A program made the translations under genes and the position numbers. A stretch of 64,000 bases of DNA. Origin: Bilabrum cf. latius. Taxonomy: Eukaryota. Numbering within the stretch: position 1 is the first letter of the stretch; each line of letters begins with the position of its first letter. Below are positions 13,031-24,300 of the stretch, one piece after another. Location: positions 1 to 64,000 of the forward strand of contig OZ237761.1 in NCBI GenBank assembly GCA_965178125.1, written 5' to 3'. The notes beneath the pieces are model-generated. The model was not told the origin of the DNA. It saw nothing but the letters and a program-made list of their open reading frames with translations, and ran no database searches.

Positions 13031-13901
13031 AATGATGCGTAAGTAGCACCTTTATTGCAAGAAATCAATGAATGTAACTAAGTCATCGTCCAAATAGGCT
13101 CAAAGTATGGTCTGATGCTTTTGCACCTTCTATTGTAACTCGGCAGTCACACCGACTTTCCGATATCTTCGAATCTGGCTTCTCCTGCCTACAGCTGCGT
13201 TGCAGCAAGCTAGCAGGCAACAAGTGGCCTCAGTCGCGAGCCCACCTCGATCCCGTGCGATTGAGCAAAACATGAATCTGCAAGGAGACTTGTACGTGCC
13301 AAAGTGTACAGCACTTGCGGCACGGTGTGGGAAACGAGTGCCTTTGGCCAACGCGCGTAGTTTGGATGCGAAATCTGCCAAGCTCACCTGGATGGCTGAC
13401 ATGCTCGTATGTGTTGATGACGTGTCGAATGCCTTTGCTTGCAGGTTGATTACTATGTAGAAAAATGAATGATGCGTAAGTAGCACCTTTATTGCAAGAA
13501 ATCAATGAATGTAACTAAGTCATCGTCCAAATAGGCTCAAAGTATGGTCTGATGCTTTTGCACCTTCTATTGTAACTCGGCAGTCACACCGACTTTCCGA
13601 TATCTTCGAATCTGGCTTCTTCTGAAAAGTCCTGCCTTCAGTTGCATGTGGGCCATTTGCAGCAAGCTAGCAGGCAACAAGTGGCCTCAGTCGCGAGCTC
13701 ACCTCGATCCCGTGCGATTGAGCAAAACATGAATCTGCAAGGAGAATTGTACGTGCCAAAGTGTACAGCACTTGCGGCACGGTGTGCGAAACGAGCGCCT
13801 TTGGCCAACGCGCGTAGTTTGGATGCGAAATCTGCCAAGCTCACCTGGATGGCTGACATGCTCGTATGTGTTGATGACATGTCGAATGCCTCTACTTGCG
13901 G
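13028..13901. repeat. Near-identical tandem duplication, two copies of a ~420-440 bp unit (13028-~13445 and 13465-~13901)
   Basis: ATGAATGATGCGTAAGTAGCACC starts at 13028 and 13465 (offset 437). The copies align to ...GTCGAATGCCT with a few substitutions and ~20 nt of extra sequence in copy 2 near 13620-13658. Confidence 0.95.
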
Positions 13902-14271
13902 GGCTTTGATCCAACAGCAAAAATGTCGGCAGCGCAATCTGCTCCATCTTGCAATGTTCGGAGCCGGTAGCAGAGCTAATACTGTCCTCAGTTCACTCGC
14001 AAAGCATGTGTCATGGCAGCCGCGTCGATAGTTTCTCAAATTACGACAGAATGTACTGGCAGTACGGCTCTGTGGAACGTGCAGAGATGAGTGTAGTGTC
14101 AACTTCTGCAGACCGTCCGACGCAGTCCGGAATTCATAATTGAGCTTGCCGAACGTTGGGGGACACTGCAGCAAGGCAGGAACAGCAGCACCAATACTGT
14201 TTTGCAGTCTAATGCGCATTCCATAATAATCGTTTGGACTCTGGATTGGCCGGCTCAGTGACGAATTCCGC

Positions 14272-16548
14272 ATGCAGTCGGAACGGTAGGTATCGCAAGC
14301 TGAACGGAGCTCACAGGCTGCCCGGTCGGCCATGGCCGGCTGGAGCGGAACCCCTTGGGAAGATGCAATGCCTGGTATATCATCGGGGATTGGTACTGAT
14401 TCTGCAGATCGACCAGTTCGCTCTGCAGGCCACATTGCGGTAGCTGGTCTGGTTGCTGAGCCAGCGTTGGTATCAAGCCACACTCGCGGGCAAGGGAGCG
14501 ATGGATTGCCAGAGTCAAGGGCTCACGCTGCGCACGGAAACATATACATAGGTGCAGTGGGTTCAGAAGCTGCGGACGAGAACATAAGGGGTTCCATGGC
14601 CCTGTCAGCCGGCCTGGCAACTGCGCTGCTGTCCGGCCACACAAACGATGCCTCTGCCACGGCGCCTGCCCACGCTCGGCAGCCGGGCAGACCGCGCCCT
14701 CTCGCCCCCCTCGCGTCCATGGATTCGTCGGAGAGAAGGGTGTCCAGGCGGGCGCCAGCACTGGCCCAGGCTGTGTCGCCCTCACTCTAGTACTCGTCCT
14801 AGTTGCGAGACGCACGCAGCCCAACCGTCGGCGCCCGCTCGAACGGGAGCCCGCGCACTCGTCACACGCGGAGGGGCTCTGCCTCCGGATCCCCACTCGG
14901 TGGCAGGGACCACCGTCGACGAGTCAGAACGCACTCATCACACCGTGCCGACCTCGCGACGGCCATGGGTTCCCCGCTACGGCCCGCTGCGGCCGCAGCC
15001 GGGATGGGGTCCCCTTCTCTGCACTCGTCACACGGATCTCCCCGCTCCAGCGCCCTGTGGAGCGTCCGTTCCTCCCTCCGCTCCTCGGCACGGCCCGGCC
15101 CCCTGCCCCGCGCGCCCGTCAAAGTGCTAGATGCCCCCGGGCTGCTGGACGACTTCTACCTGCAGCTGCTGGACTGGGGCCGGGGGGAGGACGCTGTGGC
15201 GGCCGCGCTGGGCTCCGTGGTGTACCTGTGGAAGGCCCGAGGCGCCTCTGTGCAGGAGCTGTGCGACGCAGGAGAGGGCAAGTCAGTGTGCGCGCTGCGG
15301 TGGAGGCCGTCGGGTGCATCGCACGGCGGTGCGGGCGGGAGCAGCCGGCTCGCGGTCGGCCTCAGCGACGGGCAGGTGCAGCTGTGGGACCCTGAGAGGG
15401 GCCGACAGATCCGTTCACTTGGGGGCCACAAGGGCCGCGTGGCCTCCATCGACTGGGCGGCCGAATCCGCGGGGCACGGGCTGCTTGCCACGGGGGGCGC
15501 GGACGGGAGGGTGCTCCTGCGGGACGCCCGCTCCCCGCGATCCGCTGAGGCCGCGCTGTCGGGGCACCGTCACGAGGTGTGCGGCCTGCGATGGAGCCCT
15601 GACAGCCGGATGCTGGTATCGGGCGGAAATGACCACACCGCGGTGGTGTGGGCACCTGCTGGCACCAGAGGGTCTTCATCTTCATCTTCATCTTTATCGT
15701 CCGACGCGCCGGCTACCCCCGGCGCGGGCCTGTGGCCGGGCTAGCGCGGGCACAGCGACGACCCCCCCGAGTCGGACTCCACGGGTGGATTGGGATCTGG
15801 CTCCGGGTTCAAGCAGAGGGCGGGCAGAGGGCCGGGTGCTCGGCGTGGCAAGGGCTCTGCGGCCATCTTGCACCGCATTGCAGTGCACAAGGGCGCGGTG
15901 AAGGCGCTCTCGTGGCACCCCAGCGAGGCCGGCGTGCTTGCTACGGGGGGTGGGGCCGCCGACCGGTGCTTGCGGATCTGGGACGTGCGCGGCGCCGCCC
16001 CTTGTTCCTTGGCCCGAGTGGACACCGGTTCGCAGGTGTGCAACGTGGGCTGGGCCCCTTCTGGGCGCGAGCTGTGCACCACTCACGGGTACTCAAGCCA
16101 CGAGGTAGGCGTCTGGGGCTGGAAGGGGGGCTCGGGTGCAGCGCACGGTGGTGCGAGGCGGCTGGTGCGCACCGCGCGCCTCAAGGGGCACACGGCGCGG
16201 GTGCTGTTCCTTGCGCTGGCCCCCGATGGACAGACGGTTGTAACCGGCGCAGCGGACGAGACGTTGAGGTTTTGGCGGGTGTTTCAGCCCTCGGGCGGCC
16301 TGCGAGCGGGGGCGGCCAGCCAGGGGTCGCCCATGCCGCCGCCCAGCCCGGCGCACGGAAAGGGCGTGGTGCTTGCACCCGCAGCTGCGATCCATCGGAG
16401 CTCTGTGGCGGCGGCGGCTGCGTCTGGGAGGCAGGGAGCGGGGGCCGATTTGGCGACCGAGGTGCACGCAGGCGGCGCGCGAGTGGGCGCTGGGGACGGC
16501 GGGCTGCTGGCATCCTCCACGCCGGGATTGACGGCGACGTTGCGGTGA
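14272..16548 (+). CDS. FZR1: APC/C co-activator of the Cdc20/Fizzy family, most like Cdh1/Fizzy-related; WD40 protein, ~758 aa (alternative start 14332)
   Basis: Motifs PVKVLDAPGLLDDFYLQLLDW, GHRHEVCGLRWSPD, HKGAVKALSWHP, VDTGSQVCNVGW and GHTARVLFLALAPDGQTVVTGAADETLRFW, plus a terminal LR resembling the IR tail. The two halves of the propeller are in one frame joined through TAG 15742. Other TAGs at 14287, 14788 and 14800; stop is TGA. The family is secure, the Cdh1 versus Cdc20 assignment less so. Confidence 0.9.
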
Positions 16549-16717
16549 CTGCGAGTAACAGTGCAGCATAGGATCGTATGCACTGCTGCAAATGAAGCCT
16601 GGCACAGTATTCTCAACTCCACCTTGGGAGCCGCCAACCTTCGACTCGGAGCGGTTTAGGTGACGGCGTCTTCCGCGAATACAACTTTTGCGACACTGCG
16701 ACAAGCCTACGTTCTTC

Positions 16718-18016
16718 ATGGCAAGTGCAGAAATCGCCTGTACTAGCTATGCACGAAAGAAAGCAGTTGCAGTGATTTTAGGTAGCGCATTCAACGATGC
16801 GTTGGTGGATTCTGGTAGCAAAGTGCAACTAGGCACTTGGTCGCTTACACCAGTCCGTATAGGCGATATAGATTCTATTCAGTTGATAGACAAGCATGTG
16901 CAGGAGTGGATGCAGCGCGTTGCGTCCCCAGTTTATGCTGTTAAATGGCACGATGGCCCCCGGCAAGACGGCGGTGGCGCGTATGTAATGTTTCGACACG
17001 GCATCCCACACGATACATATCCCCATGAAATTGCGTACATGGTAAATATGGCTATATTATATCACCTTGGTGTCGGTAGCGTGCTGGTGACATCAAGTGT
17101 AGGGGTACTAGACCGGAAAATTCCTACGGATGTGCCCATTCTAATCGAGGATATACTTTTGATGGAGAACTTGATGCCAGCAGTTCCATCTCGGCCTGAT
17201 GGTCATTGTTTCGATAAAGATGCACGATTCATGCCGCATGGGAGCAGCGTGTGCTCAGTATGGTGCGATCGACAGCTAGATCTTGGGTTGCCACCGCCCG
17301 GGCACCTGCTCGTCGGCGAGGAGGGTCTGCTCTCCGACGCGCTGTCTAGCTGGCTAGATGACACATGTGGCAGCAGTCATGCATAGAGCAGCACCACATC
17401 TCCGGAGCCTGCTTCGCCCGACGCGTTATCATCACCCGGGCTTGCCAGCGGGGTGCCTGCCACCCTGCGGCCTGCAGACCCCGAGAGCAGACCAGTGGTC
17501 TTCGCATACTGCAGGGGCCCTCGCAGCAAGACCCCCGCTGAGAACAGGGCATGGCGAGCGCTTGGAGCCAGTGTCAATAGCATGACCCTTGGACCCGAGG
17601 TGGTCATGGCAGCCGAGTTGGGCATGTGCGCAGCTGCTGTTGTCGTGGGGCACAAGCGAAGCGAAGGGAGACCGGGCATGGATAAGGAGGATGAGCCTCC
17701 GGGCAAGGCATTGGCAGGTGGTTCTGGCATCGGCAGTGGCAGCAGCAGCATAGCAGACTTGGAACATGCTAGCGCATTGCATGCAGGTGCACCCCCACCC
17801 ACAACCGGCGAGATCCTAGGCCAGCTGGATCGCTCCAAGCAGGCGCTCTTTGCAGTTGTGGATGCCTTCCTGGGGGGTGCCCCCATTGAGGGGGTCAGCC
17901 CCCCCTGCTCTGTGTTCCGGTTCCCTGAAAAGGAGCGAGTGGATGGTTCATCGGCTGGCAGAAAGGCGCGAGAGCCTGTCAGGGGGGCTGGGGCTGCAAG
18001 AGGCAGTGTTGTGTGA
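16718..18016 (+). CDS. MTAP/PNP-family nucleoside phosphorylase (5'-methylthioadenosine phosphorylase-like), ~432 aa
   Basis: N-terminal motifs VILGS, FRHG..H..PH and VTSSVG are joined through TAG 17384 to GPRSKTPAENRAWRALGASVNSMTLGPEVVMAAELG (family pattern GP.FETPAE....LGAD.VGMT..PE...A.E.G). Stop is TGA. Confidence 0.85.
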
Positions 18017-18372
18017 CTGCCCTCTGACGACAGCATGAGACTCCGGCTCGTACAGATGCACCAATCTTGCTGAACACACCGCCACATGGCCCGTTTTGAC
18101 AGTACCGCACAAAAATTGCTCTCTAACACTCGATACTAACTCACGTAGCTAGCCAACGCTGGTGGTGTCGACTGTAGATCTGCGACATTCGATAGATCAT
18201 CAGGCAGGTCTGCCGGTGGATCCGCCAATATTCGGAGCCACAATGCAGGAAGCTGCCGGTCCTGAACACGCAGGCAAGAGAACCTGCGACGAAAACGCAG
18301 TAAACTTCAAATTTAAGGCAAAGAGTTGTCTACGAGAGCGCCGAGGCGTCGCCAAACGGCGAGCTAGTTGTC

Positions 18373-21300
18373 ATGCAGGCGATCTTGCGTAGCATAGTTC
18401 CATTCGCTCTCAAAAGCTACTTCCCGATAGTAGAGCTGGACACAGATGCCATCGAGATAAATAATCCGAATAACAATGACACCACTATTTCGATACGCCG
18501 CCCGAAATTTTAGTCGTAGCTTGTTCGGGAGCAAATGCACAAGCTACGACTCCCGTTTGAGCCCGCTCCAGACAGGCCTGGCAAAGCCGCCATGACAATA
18601 GAGCTGATTTCAGTGCAGCTTGATGTCAGTAAGCTCACCACTGTCGCCACTGGAGGGAGCGTGGGCGACAAGCTACCAGTCGAAGTAGTGGTAGAGGGTG
18701 TGCATTTGCGGATGCAAGCTCGCGATAAGGGCATGATAGGGCAGCATTATGGCGGAACAGAGGCGTCTACTGCAGGCGTCGATCATTCTAAATCGGCACC
18801 AGCAGCCTAGCACCCGGACGCGAAGAGCGAGCAGGACACATCCGGGGAGGACGTCACCGACATGGACGTCGTGCTGAGCGTGCACGCCCGGCAGCAGATC
18901 GAGAGGGCTCGGGCGCTGAACCTGCCTCTCCCCCGCGGGTGGACGCAGGACATCACGTCGGAGGGGCGCCGCAGCAACCCCTTCATGTTCCGCATCCTGG
19001 ATGCCATGGTACCTGGGCTGAACCTGAGCGTGCGGGACCTTACGCTCGTGGTGGAGGACACGACCTCGGTCAAGGGGCAGGGATTCGTGGCGGGCATGCA
19101 CGTGGACGAGATCGCATTCAGGGCGCCTCAAGACGGGCCCGGGTCCAGAGCTGGCTGGTCTGTTCCCCGCAGGGCAGAGACATGGTACGAGGGCGTGACG
19201 CACGTGAGCGGGCTGCGGGTGTGGCTGGAGCCCATGGGAGCTGCCTTGCACCTGCCATCCTCAGTAGGTGTTGACAGCAGCTCGGGAGCAGGAAGTCATG
19301 GATCCCCAAGCGCAGTCCCGAGGTCAAGAAGGAAGCGAGGTGCCTCTGGCGCTTCCAGCACTCCAACGGGACAGTAGCAAGCTGCAGGTGGACGATCCAC
19401 GACCTCACCCCCCGCCTCTCCATCCGCGTCATCCGCGCACGCGTTTGGCGGTGCCTCGTGGCACCCCGGCCTGCGACGGTCAGGCACCACTACACATGAC
19501 TGGAACATCATAGACCCGGTCTCTATGCGGGCACGAGTCAGCGTCCAGCAGGGCCTGGTGGCCTGGGCCGAGGGGGACAGGGGGCCCGTATACCCCCCTC
19601 TGGCGCTCGCAGACGTGCACGTCGGGGTGCTCCGATGCAAGGTACAGGAGGCACAGGTCCGGTTTCTGGGGGCAGTGCTGCACGCCACCTTGGGAAACCG
19701 CACCAAGTTCGAGGGAGAGGCTTCTTCAGGTGGGGCGGGGAAGGCGGCAGGCGCGGACGGCGAGCGTGCGGCTCAGAATGCCTCGGTGGCCACAATCGTG
19801 CAGCGGGTGCAGTCGGCCACGTCTGACGCGGGCCAGCTTCTCGGTCTGGATCTCGGCAGCACCAATCGGGTGCTGCAGGAGATGAGCCGGCGGCAGGTCG
19901 AGATGGTCCCCGTTGATCTGCAGAGAAGGGTGGGCATGAAGTCGCTCACGGCATCACCAGCTGCGGAGAACCAAAGAGGGAACGCTGGAGGTGAAGCGAT
20001 TGGTGGATCGGGCGCCTTCGAGAAGATGGGAAGGGGGTCTGCAGGCAAGGCTAGAGGCGCGACAGGAATGGGAAGCGGGGGGGCAGCACAGCGGGGGCGG
20101 CGGTGGTATGAGGTTGCAGCGAGAGGGGTTGCCTCCAGGCGCAATAGAGTGGACCGGAAGCGGCGCCGGCGTGTGTCTAGTAGCGTGTTGGGTGGACACG
20201 AGTAGCACTTGCACCGGATACCCAGGTGGGTCTTGCCACCAGTGCCCGCGCAATCGCGTGGCCGGTTGTGGCTGCGGTACGTATCTCTGGTGTGCCAGTC
20301 GTACCTGGCTCCCTCCCGGGATGGATCCCCGACGAGTGAGGTCCCAGGGCTGGTGCTAAACAAGGTATGGCTCCCTGGATTTGTAGTTTGCGAAATGACC
20401 GTGTTCCCTGAAACAGCCCCTCCGTAGCTGCCGGGGGCAGGGGCACGTTCCGCTGGTGGTAGTGGTACGAGAACCTCGGGTTCCGGTGCCGGTGCTGGTG
20501 CTGGTGCAGGCGCTGCCGCTGCATCGGCAAGTGAGTCTGGATTCGGAGAGGGGGATGACCAGGCGCACGACGGGCGGCCGGTCTCTCGGCGGGTGATCCC
20601 GTTCCATTTGCGCGCCGTGGAGCTGCGCCCACCCCGCCGCTCCGACGCAGTACTTGTGGAGGCCCTGTCTAAGGCCGACCTAGGGCCAGTCCCGCGGTCT
20701 CCCGAGGGATCTTTCGTTGTTGGTGACGGTGGTGCCACGGATCCAGTCGACAGCGTTGGGCCATTGATCCTGCCCAGCATGAGCAGGTCGGTTCGCTCCG
20801 CCTCCCGACTCGCTGCTGCGGCTTGCGCGGAGCACGTGATCAAGAGGTCACCCAGGGTAGGGCTGTCGAGAACAACAGAGCTTGCTAGAAGCCTGACGGG
20901 CCCTCCTTTATCCCCACGGGAAGCAGAAGACAAGCAGATTCTGGAGCGAGTGCTGACCCAGGGTGAGGTGCTGCAGTGCCGCAAACTAGCAACTGCTACT
21001 CTGGTTTCATACGCCCGGCAGCTGCAGCAGCAGCAGGACCAGGTGCAGGCTATGCGCGAGCTAGACACGTGCGGGACCTGCTTTGGCAGAGCGCCCGCGG
21101 TGCCTCCCGCTGCGCCGATGCCTGCAATGGGGCCGGCCCTTCGCTGCCTTTACTAGTCGCACGGCGATTTGCGCGGGGATGCCGCTGGAGCGCCACATGG
21201 CGACACCAAGACCAGCAAGGCCGGGATAAGGCCAACGCAGCAGGGCCTCGTGTGTCTCCCGCTGCCGGCGTGGTAGTGGACGATCTAGCCGACCGGCGAT

Positions 21301-24300
21301 GCAGACAGCCACCGGGCTGCCGATCCTTCCGCGTCCCAGGCAGCCATCCTCAACCCGAATCCGCCACTGAGTGCAGTCGCAGGCCAGGCACTTCTAGTTG
21401 CCGACGCAGAGGCAGTCCGGTGGTCCTCTCCGCAGATGCAGGTCAGGCAAGAGCGACAGAAAGCCTCCTGGCTGGGAGATACGGCTGGACACGGGGCTGG
21501 CACTGATGAGGCGATGCCGTGGAGCGAACAGCTTGCAATGCAAGCCTCTCGTCACACCAGCGACTGGACCGCCAGCTCTCAGCCGGGATCCATCGCGAGG
21601 GCCAGGCAGAGGATCGCACGGGCCTCCAAGAGGAGGACCAGGCGATCCACCGACGGGCGTGGTGGAAATGTGGGGCGCCTGCAGCAGGAGCACCCTAGGG
21701 CAGGTTTGCCCCGCAGGTCGGTGGCCGCGGTCAGATCATCAAGGCGCGGGCTCGGGTCGATAAGTCGAGCAGGGAGTAGCCGTCGTGTGAGTCATGCGGG
21801 TGACCTGCATGGGTAGACGGCCAGGGATGGGCGAGGAGGCGATGATTCGAGCTCCTCGGATGATGACTCGCCTGATGCAGCCCAGCCGCAGGTGTTGCCT
21901 GTGCTGGTTGCATCCTCGGGTATCCGAGCGGTAGCTAGCGCTTCCTAGCCATTGCTCGGCCGTGTAGTGCTCGCAGCAGACACCCTGGTGCTGACCTCGT
22001 CTGGGGGCTGGGACGAGGCGTTGCACCGCATTGAACCAGCCGAGACCAAGCTTGCAGGTGCCACAGGGGAGCATGATGGGAGATCGACATCAGGCAGGCC
22101 CAAGGGTGCCGGTACCGCCTCCAGACGCGACGTTTCTTCAGAGGTGCTTCGGCTGATCCAGCAGCAAGGCACCAGCGGCCCCTTCAGGAACATGTCCAGC
22201 CGAGGACACCGCGGGCTCGGTGTTGTCTCAGAGCTGGGTATGTCGGCAATGGCCCATCCCATGTCTGCCGCCGAGACCCTGGAGCTGTGGGACGCGGTGC
22301 TGAGCGCGCAGCGAGGGACTATCACTTTCGAGGGGGTGCACTCGCTGCAGCCAAAGTTCGACTTCAGGCTCACGGTGTCTCAGTTTAGAGCACAGCTGCT
22401 GCGCACAGCAGAGGAGCCGCTGCTGGGTCTGTACCTGGATGTGATGAAGGTGCGCGGGCTGATTCGGCCAAACGATGTCTACGATGGCGCCTTCTCTGTT
22501 GGGCAGATGCACGGTGACGCGCTGTTTGGTACGGAGGGAAGCATTGGCCGGGGGCAGCTCATTGGTGGCTCTATGCTGCTCGACAGGCGAGTCCGCAGGT
22601 GGATCAGCTGGCAGCCGCGTCTGCTGGCACTGCCTGCTCTAGGTTAGGGTGGAATCGCATAGACTAGCCGTTCGGCCACGGGAAGAGGTGGCCGTGCTCG
22701 GAGCAAGGCTGCGCAAGCCCCAGCATCCACACTTCGGGCCGCACCAGGCGCTGAGGTGGCCCCGTCGGTGTCTTCGACAGCGGAGGGAATCCGTGGGTGG
22801 GCAGCGAGCCACTCCCTCAGGCAGCTCATGGATGGCCTGGCGAGGGCGGTGTGCAGAGGAGGGCTTGACGCGTGGGCCGGTTCGTCCGCCGTCAATGCCG
22901 GCTATGCCGACGGTGGGTCGGCGGATAGATCTGCTGGGGTGGAGAGGTAGAGTGAGGGCTCGGTGGCCCGAGATTCGGCTGGCACTGCGTCTTCCTTGCT
23001 GCATGCACACCTGCGGGCAGCTGGCATGCCGAGCGCGCCGGGAGGATTCGACCGCTTTGCCTAGTACGTGGCACACGCGCTTGCAGCCGACTGCGCCGCC
23101 CGAAGCAGCGTGCCAGGCAGCCTTGAGAGGGTCAGCATCGTGGCAGGGGGTGATCGCGCCATCCGAGCCGGGGGTCGGGGCCCTGCCGTGGCTCGCTTCC
23201 ACAAGGTGGCCCAGCAGGCCGTGTGGCGATTCTTCCGGGGGATGCCCTCCATCGCTACAATTTTGCTAGACGAGTGCCTGTGCCGGCAGCTGGCGAGCTT
23301 CTGCGAAGGCCGTGCCAGGTCGCTGAGGAGCGCGCCTGATCTTGAGCTGCAGCTCAGTAGAGGCGACTACGCGTGTGCTGCTGAGGGCTGGCTGGAGCGC
23401 CGGGTGGCCCACGGCACGCCGCGAGCCCTCTCGACAGAGGCGGCATGTGAGGCCGCAGCCAGGGCTATTCTCGCCAATGGCGTGTCTCGTCTTGTCCCTG
23501 GCCTGGCAGGCCGCAGTGGCGGTAGCAACGGGGTTGAGCCTGACCCCAGCTTGATTGCCAGTGCCACCGCCATCGAGGAGCACGCCCAGCGGCTGGTACA
23601 TGCCCTCGAACAGGAGGCCAGGGCAGCCAATGCCAGCTGCTCAGGAGTATTGCCGCCCATGTTTTCCTCCGGTCGCGGGCCAAATACCAGCAAGGGGCGT
23701 GAAGCGCGCCCCAATCCCGCCGGCTTGTCTGCCTCCAATGGGGTGTTACGGAAAGTTCCCGCACTGAGGGGGAGCCTCGCGAGGCGCTGGAACCGTTGGC
23801 TGGTGGCTTGCGTTGCCCCGGAGCTGATCCGTCTGTGGCGCAGGTGTGAGGAGGTGACGACCCACGTCGACGGAAACGACGCCAAGAGAGTGGCCGCAGA
23901 ATCGTGGCAGGAGCTGATGACAGCGCGCGCCCCATCTGGAGCAGAGGTGCCTTCCCGTCTCGCCCACCACGCCGCAGCAATGCTCATGGCAGAGGGGCGG
24001 ATGGAATCTGTGCCAGAGGCGAGGTAGCTCAAGCGGGCCGTGTGGACCGGCATTGGTGGCTATAATGGAACAAGCATGCAAGCTGGCGTGCAGAATGTAA
24101 CCGCGCCACAGTGTCTGCATCCTGCTGACGTGGAGCTGTGCTGGCCACCTGACGTGGTTGTGCAGGGGCGTGGCATCATTGGGCAGGCCCTGCGCTTCGT
24201 TGGCCTAGAAAGCGCCGTGGATTCTGCTCTGCAGGCTGCAAACGATCTGGGCGGGGGTCACGACATGCAACCCGCAGGGATGCATCCGTTGGCGCAGCTG

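Noticed and set aside
13570-13640. TTCGAATC suggestive of a tRNA T-loop (sought as the suppressor tRNA-Gln CUA)
   Set aside because: Lacks the GGTTCGA context and no cloverleaf or CTA anticodon arm can be built. No tRNA was identified in the window.
13130-14483. ORFs in and next to the duplicated segment (e.g. 13638-14483 minus, 13200-13460 plus)
   Set aside because: No recognisable motifs. Indels between the copies break frames, extension with TAG=Gln quickly meets TGA, and the longest overlaps the Cdh1 5' region antisense.
15742-15744. Pyrrolysine or programmed single-site readthrough
   Set aside because: TAGs are too numerous, occur in unrelated genes, share no 3' context and align to Gln. 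Pyrrolysine is not known in eukaryotes.
19773-21068. Long antisense or alternate-frame ORFs (e.g. 19773-21068 minus, 41849-42772 minus, 61715-62635 plus)
   Set aside because: Shadow ORFs expected in GC-rich coding DNA, fully overlapping better supported genes.
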